The notes under the pieces: generated by a model
The model's input: the letters and a program-made list of their open reading frames with translations, nothing else
Database searches by the model: none
What the model was told of the DNA's origin: nothing
Translations under genes and position numbers: made by a program
DNA from: Paracoccus suum
GTDB taxonomy: Bacteria; Pseudomonadota; Alphaproteobacteria; Rhodobacterales; Rhodobacteraceae
Assembly: GCF_003324675.1 (NCBI RefSeq)
Contig: NZ_CP030918.1
Coordinates: forward strand, 1,650,001 to 1,682,000
Length of the DNA stretch: 32,000 nt
Direction of reading: 5' to 3'
Shown: positions 9,835 through 16,875 of the stretch, piece by piece
Layout of the letters: the number at the start of each line of letters is the position of its first letter
Position numbering within the stretch: position 1 is the first letter of the stretch

Positions 9835-10458
9835 ATGAGTAAAAGTGATCCCTTCGGATTCGACATGTCGGCCGCGTCCGACAAAAAGCGCCGGGCCAAG
9901 GGGCGGCGTGGGATGTCGGGTGCGTTCGAGACATCGACCCGCCGCTGCGACAAGGAAGGATGCGACCTGCCCGGCCAGTATCGCGCCCCGAAATCACCGC
10001 GCGCGCTGGATGATTATTTCTGGTTCTGCAAGGATCATGTGCGCGAATACAACCTGAACTGGAACTATTTTCAGGGCCAATCCGAGGAGGAATTCCAGCG
10101 GTTTCTGGACAATGCGACGGTATGGGAGCGGCCGACCCGGCCCTTCGGGCAAGGCTCGCAGGACCAGGCCTGGGCGCGCCACGGTGTCAGCGATCCCATG
10201 GAGATTCTGGGGGCGAACGGCACCTCGGCCGCCGCGCGTGTGAGCAACCGCAGGCTGCCCCCGACCGAGCGCCGTGCGCTTGAGATCCTGTCTGCCAAGG
10301 ACAGCTGGTCCCGGACCGAAATTCGCCAGCAATACAAGTCGCTGGTCAAGGATCTTCATCCCGACATGAATGGCGGCGACCGCAGTGATGAAGATCGCCT
10401 GCAGGAGGTCGTCTGGGCCTGGGACCAGATCAAGGACAGCCGCAGTTTTCGTGACTGA
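9835..10458 (+). CDS. J-domain (DnaJ-like) protein with N-terminal Cys/His motif
   Basis: The C-terminal J domain carries an HPD motif (YKSLVKDLHPDMNGGD). The N-terminal part has C-x5-C...C-x2-H (RRCDKEGCDLPG...FWFCKDHVREYN). ATG 9835 has GAGG 5 nt upstream. It is divergent from bolA. Confidence 0.75.
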   Translation: MSKSDPFGFDMSAASDKKRRAKGRRGMSGAFETSTRRCDKEGCDLPGQYRAPKSPRALDDYFWFCKDHVREYNLNWNYFQGQSEEEFQRFLDNATVWERPTRPFGQGSQDQAWARHGVSDPMEILGANGTSAAARVSNRRLPPTERRALEILSAKDSWSRTEIRQQYKSLVKDLHPDMNGGDRSDEDRLQEVVWAWDQIKDSRSFRD

Positions 10459-10476
10459 CAGGGCGCGCGCCCCGCG

Positions 10477-10926
10477 TCAGCGCCTTTCGGCAAAAAACCT
10501 CTGCAGCAACGCCTGCGCCTCAGGCGCGGCGATGCCCCCATGCACCTCGGGGCGGTGGTGGCACTGCGGGTGGCTGAACACCCGCGCTCCATGCGCCACG
10601 CCGCCCATGCGAGGGTCCGCGGCGCCGTAATACAGCGTCTCGATCCGCGCGGCCGAGATCGCGGCGGCGCACATGGGGCATGGCTCGAGCGTGACCCAAA
10701 GCCGGTAGCCGGGCAGGCGCGGCGAGCTGGCGGCCGCACATGCCGCGCGCAGAACCAGGATTTCGGCATGGGCGGTGGGATCGGCCAACTGGATCGTTCG
10801 GTTGCCATCGGCGGCTGCAACCCGGCCCGCCGGGTCCACCAGCACCGCGCCGACCGGCACCTCGCCCCGCAATGCGGCGGCGCGCGCCTGATCCAGGGCG
10901 GCGGGCATATGGCTGGTAAACGGCAT
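10477..10926 (-). CDS. tadA: tRNA adenosine(34) deaminase TadA
   Basis: Has the CDA zinc motifs HAEILVL and LEPCPMCAAA and is 149 aa from ATG 10926 (alternative 10908). The 282-aa ORF-track version is over-extended. Confidence 0.9.
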   Translation of the reverse strand: MPFTSHMPAALDQARAAALRGEVPVGAVLVDPAGRVAAADGNRTIQLADPTAHAEILVLRAACAAASSPRLPGYRLWVTLEPCPMCAAAISAARIETLYYGAADPRMGGVAHGARVFSHPQCHHRPEVHGGIAAPEAQALLQRFFAERR

Positions 10927-11054
10927 ATCCCGTCCATGCCCCCACGGGCCCGGCCCGCGCAAGAGGCTCGCAGCCGCACGAACTGCATTCCCGCCGGTCG
11001 CGTTGCCTGCTAGAGCCGACCGCTTGCCACCGCAGAGACTGCGAAGGAGTCGCC

Positions 11055-13115
11055 ATGCACGATCAAGAACCCCGCCCCGAATCTGATCCCGTCCCGGATC
11101 AGACCCCTGATTCCCCCGACTCGCAGGCGGATGCGCCCCAGGTCGAAGAGCCGAAGAATGCGCCGCTCGCCGGCGAGGCCATCGATGAACCGCAGCCCGT
11201 GCCGCCGGCAGAGGACCTCCCGGAGGATCTGCCGGATGATTCCGACCCATCTGATGGCGACGTGCCGGTTGATGGGCCGACTGCAAACTACAAGACACGC
11301 ACCGCAGCAAAGTCCCGCGCGCCATCCCCGCCCGCGCAGGACGGCGATCGAATCGCCAAGATCATGGCCCGAGCCGGCGTCGCCTCGCGTCGCGATGCGG
11401 AGCGGATGATTCTCGAGGGTCGGGTCCAGGTGAACGGCTCGGTCATCCGCAGCCCGGCGCTGGACATCCGTGCCAGCGACCGGGTCGAAATCGACGGACA
11501 GCCGCTCGACGCGCCGCAGCCGACGCGCGTGTGGCTCTACTACAAGCCGGTCGGCCTCGTGACCTCGGAATCGGACGAGAAGGGGCGCCAGACGATCTTC
11601 GACGCCCTGCCGCGCGATCTGCCGCGGGTGATGACGATCGGCAGGCTGGACCTTACGTCCGAAGGCCTGCTGCTGCTGACCAATGACGGCGAGTTGAAGC
11701 GCCGGCTGGAGCTGCCGTCGACCGGCTGGATGCGCCGCTATCGGGTGCGGGTGAACGGCCAGCCAAACCAGCTTACGTTCGAGCCGCTGCGCCGCGGGGT
11801 CGAGATCGATGGCGAGCAATTCGCGCCAATGGAGATCGAGATGGACAGCCAGCAGGGCGCCAACGCCTGGCTGACCGTTGGCATCCGCGAGGGCAAGAAT
11901 CGCGAGATTCGGCGGGCGATGAACCATGTCGGGTTGATGGTGAACCGCCTCATCCGCGTCAGCTACGGCCCGTTCCGCGTGACCGGCCTCGACAAGAACG
12001 AGGTCCGCGAGGTCAAACGCCGTATCCTGCGCGACCAACTGGGCAACCTGCTGACGGGCGATCAGGACGCCCCCGAGGACGAGGCTTCCGCCCGTCCTCA
12101 GCGCGGCCGCCCTGCAGCCGACGGCGCACGCAAACCGCGTCACGATTCCGGCAGCCGCGGCGCGCCCCCGCGCACCGGCTACGGAGAGCGTCCGGCGCGC
12201 ACCGAGGGTGAGCGCCCCGCGCGCTACGGCGACAAGGCTCCTCGGACGGGCGGCTATGGCGATCGCCCGGCCCGTGCCGATGGCGAGCGTCCGGCCCGGA
12301 GCTTTGACAAAGGTCCGCGGACCGGTGACCGCCCGGCGCGGCCGGACGGCGAACGCCCCGCACGCTACGGTGACAAGGGTCCGCGGACGGGCGGATATGG
12401 CGACCGGCCCGCACGCGCCGATCGCGAGCGCCCGGCCGGCAGCTTTGAGAAAGGGCCGCGGACCGGGGGCTACAAGCCGCGCACCGATGATAATCGTCCG
12501 GCACGTGCGGACGGCGAGCGCCCCGCGCGCTACGGGGACAAAGGCCCGCGGACGGGTGGGTATGACAACCGTCCTGCCCGCGCCGAGGGTGCGCGTCCCC
12601 CGGGTAGCTATGATAAAGGCCCCCGGAGCGGTGGCTATAAGCCGCGCACGGACGGCGACCGCCCGCCGCGGCCGGATGGCGAGCGTCCTACCCGCTATGG
12701 CGATAAGGGGCCGCGGACCGGTGGATACGGCGACCGTCCCGCCCGCCCCGAGGGCGAGCGTCCGGCGCGAAGCTTCGACAAGGGTCCCCGGGCTGGTGGC
12801 TACAAGCCGCGGACCGATGGCGATCGTCCCGGCCGCCCCGAGGGTGAGCGTCCCGCGCGCAGCTTCGACAAGGGCCCTCGCACCGGTGGCTACAAGCCGC
12901 GCACCGACGGGGACCGCCCGGCGCGGACTGAGGGAGAACGCCCCGCGCGAAGCTTCGATAAAGGCGCACGCCCTGCGGTTGGGGGTTCGGGGCGAGGGCC
13001 TCGGCCTGGCGCTCCGAAGGGCGGCGGGTCTGGCAGTGCCGGCGGGACGGGACCTCGCGGGCCCAGGCCCGGCGGCGGCGCGCCGCACAAACCTCGGGGC
13101 AACACGGGGCGGTAA
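11055..13115 (+). CDS. rluB: 23S rRNA pseudouridine synthase RluB family with acidic N-terminal and long repetitive basic C-terminal extensions
   Basis: Has an S4 domain (IAKIMARAGVASRRDAERMILEGRVQVNG), the catalytic GRLDLTSEGLLLLTNDGEL block and a strong AAGGAG 5 nt before ATG 11055. The core spans roughly aa 100-335 and is flanked by low-complexity regions. Confidence 0.9.
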   Translation: MHDQEPRPESDPVPDQTPDSPDSQADAPQVEEPKNAPLAGEAIDEPQPVPPAEDLPEDLPDDSDPSDGDVPVDGPTANYKTRTAAKSRAPSPPAQDGDRIAKIMARAGVASRRDAERMILEGRVQVNGSVIRSPALDIRASDRVEIDGQPLDAPQPTRVWLYYKPVGLVTSESDEKGRQTIFDALPRDLPRVMTIGRLDLTSEGLLLLTNDGELKRRLELPSTGWMRRYRVRVNGQPNQLTFEPLRRGVEIDGEQFAPMEIEMDSQQGANAWLTVGIREGKNREIRRAMNHVGLMVNRLIRVSYGPFRVTGLDKNEVREVKRRILRDQLGNLLTGDQDAPEDEASARPQRGRPAADGARKPRHDSGSRGAPPRTGYGERPARTEGERPARYGDKAPRTGGYGDRPARADGERPARSFDKGPRTGDRPARPDGERPARYGDKGPRTGGYGDRPARADRERPAGSFEKGPRTGGYKPRTDDNRPARADGERPARYGDKGPRTGGYDNRPARAEGARPPGSYDKGPRSGGYKPRTDGDRPPRPDGERPTRYGDKGPRTGGYGDRPARPEGERPARSFDKGPRAGGYKPRTDGDRPGRPEGERPARSFDKGPRTGGYKPRTDGDRPARTEGERPARSFDKGARPAVGGSGRGPRPGAPKGGGSGSAGGTGPRGPRPGGGAPHKPRGNTGR
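12183..12972 (+). repeat. About 10 tandem 22-30-aa coding repeats (GERPAR[YS][GF]DKGPRTGGY[GK]..RPAR..) in the RluB tail
   Basis: Read directly from the translation and from the recurring DNA strings ggcgagcgtccggc / gacaagggtccgcggac / ggctacaagccgcgcaccgac. Confidence 0.85.
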
Positions 13116-13123
13116 CATTTCGG

Positions 13124-13155
13124 TCAGCCCGGCACCAAAAGCCGGGCTGATTTAT
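13124..13155 (+). terminator. Candidate intrinsic terminator of rluB
   Basis: A 10-bp perfect stem tcagcccggc / gccgggctga with a 7-nt loop, followed by tttat, 9 nt after the rluB stop. Confidence 0.55.
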
Positions 13156-13445
13156 GCGAGCGCACGCCCGCTGTGCGACTTGCGCCACAGGGGGCCAAGG
13201 TATCCCGAGAACCCTTTCCGTGCAGGCCAGATTGGCGCGGCGTTGCCTTGCGACCACGCCTGCCCAGGCTGTGTTTCGAGCCCGGAACCGGCCCCTCCAA
13301 AGGGTGTTGTCCAATATGCAACAGTCAGCCTGATCTGCATCCCGACCACCGCCGCGGCGGCTTTTCAAGTAGGGGGGATTGTGCGACTGTCGCTTCGATG
13401 TTGTCAGAGATGGCAGCTTTCAAGAGTAGAATACGGAGCATGATC

Positions 13446-13670
13446 ATGACCAAATTCGCTACCTTCGCCGTGGCCCTCGGCCTCTCGGCTTCGACCGCTC
13501 TCGCCGGTGGCTACGTTGCCCCCGTCGTTGACGTCGCCCCGGTCGTCGTGGACACCAAGCCGGCCTCGTCGAACGCCGGCCTGATCGTCCCCGCCCTGCT
13601 GCTGCTGGGCGTTGCCGCTGCTGTCGCCGCGGACAACAACGACGACGACGACGACGACACCACCAACTGA
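13446..13670 (+). CDS. Small (74 aa) exported protein: signal peptide, Val/Pro-rich segment, C-terminal hydrophobic helix and poly-Asp tail
   Basis: MTKFATFAVALGLSASTALA|GGYVAPVVDVAPVVVDTKPASSNAGLIVPALLLLGVAAAVAADNNDDDDDDTTN. GGAG at 13435-13438 lies 7 nt before ATG 13446 (alternative ATG at 13440). A terminator follows. The 165-aa ORF-track version is an in-frame over-extension. Confidence 0.55.
   Translation: MTKFATFAVALGLSASTALAGGYVAPVVDVAPVVVDTKPASSNAGLIVPALLLLGVAAAVAADNNDDDDDDTTN
13641..13658 (+). repeat. (GAC)6 trinucleotide microsatellite encoding Asp6
   Basis: gacgacgacgacgacgac, flanked by (aac)2 and (acc)2, inside the small ORF. Confidence 0.9.
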
Positions 13671-13706
13671 TTCCGCTGCGCCTCGCGGCGCGACCGGACG
13701 GAAATG

Positions 13707-13742
13707 CAGGGGCTGGCCGAAAGGTCGGCCCCTGTTATTTTA
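13707..13742 (+). terminator. Candidate intrinsic terminator of the small ORF
   Basis: Stem caggggctggcc / ggtcggcccctg (two G-U wobbles) with loop gaaa, followed by ttatttt. Confidence 0.6.
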
Positions 13743-13783
13743 TCATTACGCCGCGCAAAATTCGCTCGCCATTAAATGGCTAC

Positions 13784-13829
13784 ATGAATGAAATGGGCCG
13801 GCACAATTATGCCGGCCCATTTCATTCAT
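13784..13829. terminator. Perfect 20-bp inverted repeat, probable bidirectional terminator between convergent genes
   Basis: atgaatgaaatgggccggca-caatta-tgccggcccatttcattcat. The core is GC-rich (gggccggca/tgccggccc) and the flanks are A/T-rich on both sides. It lies 18 nt downstream of the yjbF-like stop on the minus strand. Confidence 0.5.
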
Positions 13830-13846
13830 ATTACGGAAGTAAGTTT

Positions 13847-14509
13847 TTACGGACGCAAGGTCTGGACCGTGACATAGCCCAGCCTCGGATTTAACCATTG
13901 GCGCGAGACGCTGATTCCGCCGCCGGCGCCCACGATAAAGCGATTCTCGATCTGCAACTGACCGTTCTCGCAACGCTCGATGACCGGGCCGCCCTCGACT
14001 GAAACGGTGCAGTTGAGAGGCAGGGCATGCTCGCGTCCGTCGCCGGCGAGCGAGCGCATCAGCCGCTGGCCGTGACCGGCGCGGCGGCTGCGGATCAGGC
14101 CTTCGGTGCCGACCTCCGCCACGTTCAGGTCATTGCCGAGGCCACGCGTGCCGATCACCAGGCCGTCGCGAAGGATCACGGCCTGCTGGTTCTCGGTCAT
14201 GTAGGTGCGCATGCGCCCGTTCTCGCCCGTCAGGGCCATGACCTGGGTCGTGCCTGCACTCTCCAGACCGACGAGGATGAGGGGACCGGGGTTCACCTTC
14301 AGCGCCTCGGCGGCCATCGCCTGCGGGTCTGCTGGCGGGGCGGGCTCGGGGGTTCGCCCGGTGGCGCGTCCGGCCAATTGCCCGGCTGCCTGGCGCAGCG
14401 AGCCGCCAAGGCCGGGCCCGTCCATCGAGGCGCTGCCGCAGCCGGCAATGGCCGTCAGTGCCGCCGCAGCCGCGGCGCGGCCCATCCAGTTCATGCTGCC
14501 GCTGCTCAT
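13847..14509 (-). CDS. yjbF: YjbF/GfcB family lipoprotein
   Basis: Has a signal peptide with lipobox LTAIAGC. The internal block AVILRDGLVIGTRGLGNDL and the C-terminus NRFIVGAGGGISVSRQWLNPRLGYVTVQTLRP parallel E. coli YjbF as I remember it. ATG 14509 overlaps the yjbH TGA (ATGA). Confidence 0.7.
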   Translation of the reverse strand: MSSGSMNWMGRAAAAAALTAIAGCGSASMDGPGLGGSLRQAAGQLAGRATGRTPEPAPPADPQAMAAEALKVNPGPLILVGLESAGTTQVMALTGENGRMRTYMTENQQAVILRDGLVIGTRGLGNDLNVAEVGTEGLIRSRRAGHGQRLMRSLAGDGREHALPLNCTVSVEGGPVIERCENGQLQIENRFIVGAGGGISVSRQWLNPRLGYVTVQTLRP

Positions 14510-16695
14510 CGCCAGAACTTCCCCCAACCCTGATTAAGTCCTGCGGCCGAGCTGTCCCGCACCGTGCCATACAGTCGGCCGTCCACCTTGACCCGCTGGC
14601 CGCCGTCGCGCGACAGCGAATTGATGTTGCCGCCGACCGTCTGCCGCGAGGGCTGGCCCGTTGCCCATGCGACCGGGATCTGCAGCGTGATGCCCTTGTC
14701 GAACGAACCCTCGCCAAAGTCCTCGGCGCTCATGTTGGTCTTGGTCGCAAAGGCGCCGACCCGCCAGCCGTTGGCGAATTCGCGCGTCAGCGTGACCGTC
14801 GCACCCTTGTCACCCGCCAGGTACTTGCCGGCGTCGATCTGGCCGACAAAGCCGTTCTGGAAGTCATAATAGGCCGAGACATGGCCGGTCGTGACCTCGT
14901 AGTCCTGGAAGCCGAACTTGCCTTCGTAGTCGCGCTTGCGGACCTTGTTGATCTCGGCCCCGAGGGCGAGGTTCGAGTCCGCCGGGTACCACAGAACCTC
15001 GGCCGAAACGCCGCCATACATCCGCTCCAGCAGACCGCCGGTGACGCGTGCGTAGACCGTGTCAGTGACCTTGCCGTAGTAGGCGAGCGTCAGCGAGGGG
15101 ATCGTCGGCTTGGTATTGCCCGAATACATCCGCCCGTCCGAGCGGACGCGCTGCACGCCGTTGTTGCGGGCGCGCTGCTCCCCGTCCGTCAGGTCAAGGA
15201 ACTGATCAACGGTGCAGTCCGCAGTGCTGCCGTCCGGCTGTATGCAACTGCCCGGTGCCTTCTGGTCCGCGTTACCCAGCAGGCGCTGGCGAACCGAGCC
15301 CGAGGCGATCAGGCCCGGTATGATCTCGTAGCTGGCCTTTGCCTCAAGACCGATGTCATAGCGCAAGCCCTGGTCGGGGTCGAAGAGGCCCGTACCCAGT
15401 GAGGGGCGCAGCGACCAGGTAAAGCGCGGGAACAGCCCCGGCGTCTGGGTCATGCCGGCAACGCGCGGATCGCCGTTGACGATGTCGGCGACCGCTGCGA
15501 TCTGGCCGGCCTCGGTATTCTCCAAACGCTCGATGTCGCTGCGACGCAGCACCACCGAACTGGTAGGCATGCCGCGGCGAGTCGAGGTGATGACGAAGGT
15601 CTCGACCGAGGGCGGCATGGCGCGCGTCATCAGGCGCGCTGTGCGGCCGATGGCCTCGGCCTGCTGCATGTAGCGGCGGTTATCGATCCGCACCTCGGCC
15701 CGGTTGGCCGACAGCGCCATCGCCTCGAGGATCTGGCCTTCCTTGCGCAGGCTGGCAGCCAGGGCCTGCTGGATCGCGGGCTGGGCGGTCGGATCGGACG
15801 ACCATGCGCCGGACCACCCTTCGGGATCGGCATTCGGCGCCGGGCGCGGACGGACCGGCGCGCCGGCCTTTTCCAGGCCCGAGGGGTAGGCCGCCTGGTT
15901 CGGGTTCATGCTGAACGAGACCTGGGCCCCGAACACCTTGCCGCCCAGCGTGTAGGCGGACAGCTGGTAGATGTCGCGGTAGCGGTAGTTGACCCCGAGG
16001 TTGAAGTGCGAGCCGGGACGCTCCTCGCCCTGCTCAGCCTCGACGTCGTAGTCGTCCTGCGAATACTCGCCGACCACGCGCAAATTGTCGGTTGCCTGCC
16101 ACGCCATCGAGGCGAAGGGCCGGGCAGGGCCGCGGAACCAGTTGTCGGCCTTGAACGTGCCACCGATATCCTCACGGTCCCGCTCGCGGGCAGTGCCCGA
16201 CAGGCGCCCCCAGCCGACGCCGACCGAGCCGGTCAGGCGATCGGTGAGGTGCTTGGTCGCGACGACATATTCGCCCGAGAACGTACCGGTGCCGATGAAG
16301 TCCTGCAGACCGACCGCAACCGCGGGCATCCAGCCGGCATCCTCGCTGAGCAGCTGAATGCGCACATCGGCCGAGCGGTCCTTCAGAAAGTCCCGCTTGG
16401 CGTCCAGGTTCTTGGATTCGATGCGCGAATAGCGCAGGGCGGTCGTGATCCGCGGGGTCAGCTGGAACGCGCCGGTCACCCGCCAGCCATAGCTCGACTG
16501 TCCGGCCGAGGCAGAGATCGTGGCGTCCGGGAACATCTCGGCGCTGGGCGTGTCGATGCCGCCGGGCAGACCGTAGCTGTTCAGGGCCCAGCCCGTCGCC
16601 GGCTGCGCGACAGACACCGATCCGGTCGAGGCCAGCAGCAGCGCCGCGGGCAGGGTGCTGGCCATCAGGCGGCGCAGGACGGGGGCAGGGGGCAT
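14506..16695 (-). CDS. yjbH: YjbH/GfcD domain outer-membrane protein
   Basis: 729 aa from ATG 16695, with GAGAGGA upstream. The signal peptide is RRLMASTLPAALLLASTGSVSVAQP. NSYGLPGGIDTPSAEMFPD is the characteristic YjbH N-terminal motif. The protein is Tyr/Gly-rich and beta-barrel-like throughout and ends ...GWGKFWR. Confidence 0.8.
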   Translation of the reverse strand: MPPAPVLRRLMASTLPAALLLASTGSVSVAQPATGWALNSYGLPGGIDTPSAEMFPDATISASAGQSSYGWRVTGAFQLTPRITTALRYSRIESKNLDAKRDFLKDRSADVRIQLLSEDAGWMPAVAVGLQDFIGTGTFSGEYVVATKHLTDRLTGSVGVGWGRLSGTARERDREDIGGTFKADNWFRGPARPFASMAWQATDNLRVVGEYSQDDYDVEAEQGEERPGSHFNLGVNYRYRDIYQLSAYTLGGKVFGAQVSFSMNPNQAAYPSGLEKAGAPVRPRPAPNADPEGWSGAWSSDPTAQPAIQQALAASLRKEGQILEAMALSANRAEVRIDNRRYMQQAEAIGRTARLMTRAMPPSVETFVITSTRRGMPTSSVVLRRSDIERLENTEAGQIAAVADIVNGDPRVAGMTQTPGLFPRFTWSLRPSLGTGLFDPDQGLRYDIGLEAKASYEIIPGLIASGSVRQRLLGNADQKAPGSCIQPDGSTADCTVDQFLDLTDGEQRARNNGVQRVRSDGRMYSGNTKPTIPSLTLAYYGKVTDTVYARVTGGLLERMYGGVSAEVLWYPADSNLALGAEINKVRKRDYEGKFGFQDYEVTTGHVSAYYDFQNGFVGQIDAGKYLAGDKGATVTLTREFANGWRVGAFATKTNMSAEDFGEGSFDKGITLQIPVAWATGQPSRQTVGGNINSLSRDGGQRVKVDGRLYGTVRDSSAAGLNQGWGKFWR

Positions 16696-16767
16696 CGGCG
16701 GATCCTCTCGGGCAGCGTCGCGCGGTGTCCGGCTGCGTCCGGCTGGACACAATGCCGGGCACCGGCT

Positions 16768-16790
16768 TGTCACACTCTAGGGCCGGCAGC
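16768..16790. repeat. Direct repeat copy 1 (TGTCACACTC-tag-GGCCGG-CAGC) in the lipoprotein-yjbH spacer
   Basis: An exact 10-mer plus GGCCGGxCAGC is shared with 16854..16874. Copy 1 sits 73-95 nt upstream of the yjbH ATG. Confidence 0.6.
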
Positions 16791-16853
16791 GGCTGGCTGC
16801 CAACAGTTGCAGGCGGTGCCGCCGGCCGGATGACGTGAGGGATGCGCCCTCGA

Positions 16854-16874
16854 TGTCACACTCGGCCGGTCAGC
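16854..16874. repeat. Direct repeat copy 2 (TGTCACACTC-GGCCGG-t-CAGC)
   Basis: Lies immediately 3' of the lipoprotein stop codon (16876-16878) and 86 bp from copy 1. Confidence 0.6.
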
Positions 16875-16875
16875 C

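Noticed and set aside
11010-13118. 702-aa ORF on the minus strand spanning the whole rluB locus
   Set aside because: It is the exact codon-mirror frame of rluB. In high-GC genes the codons that would create antisense stops (TTA, CTA, TCA) are rare, so this frame stays open. The translation is Ala/Arg/Gly/Pro junk with no motif or RBS, whereas the plus strand has clear S4 and pseudouridine synthase motifs.
13172-13388. 9-mer TGTGCGACT repeated 208 bp apart in the leader of the small ORF, and a TTGTCA/TAGAAT promoter-like pair (13401/13427)
   Set aside because: A 9-mer repeat within ~290 bp is not statistically unusual, with expectation around 0.1-0.2. The promoter-like hexamers are separated by 20 nt, which is too long for a canonical sigma70 spacer.
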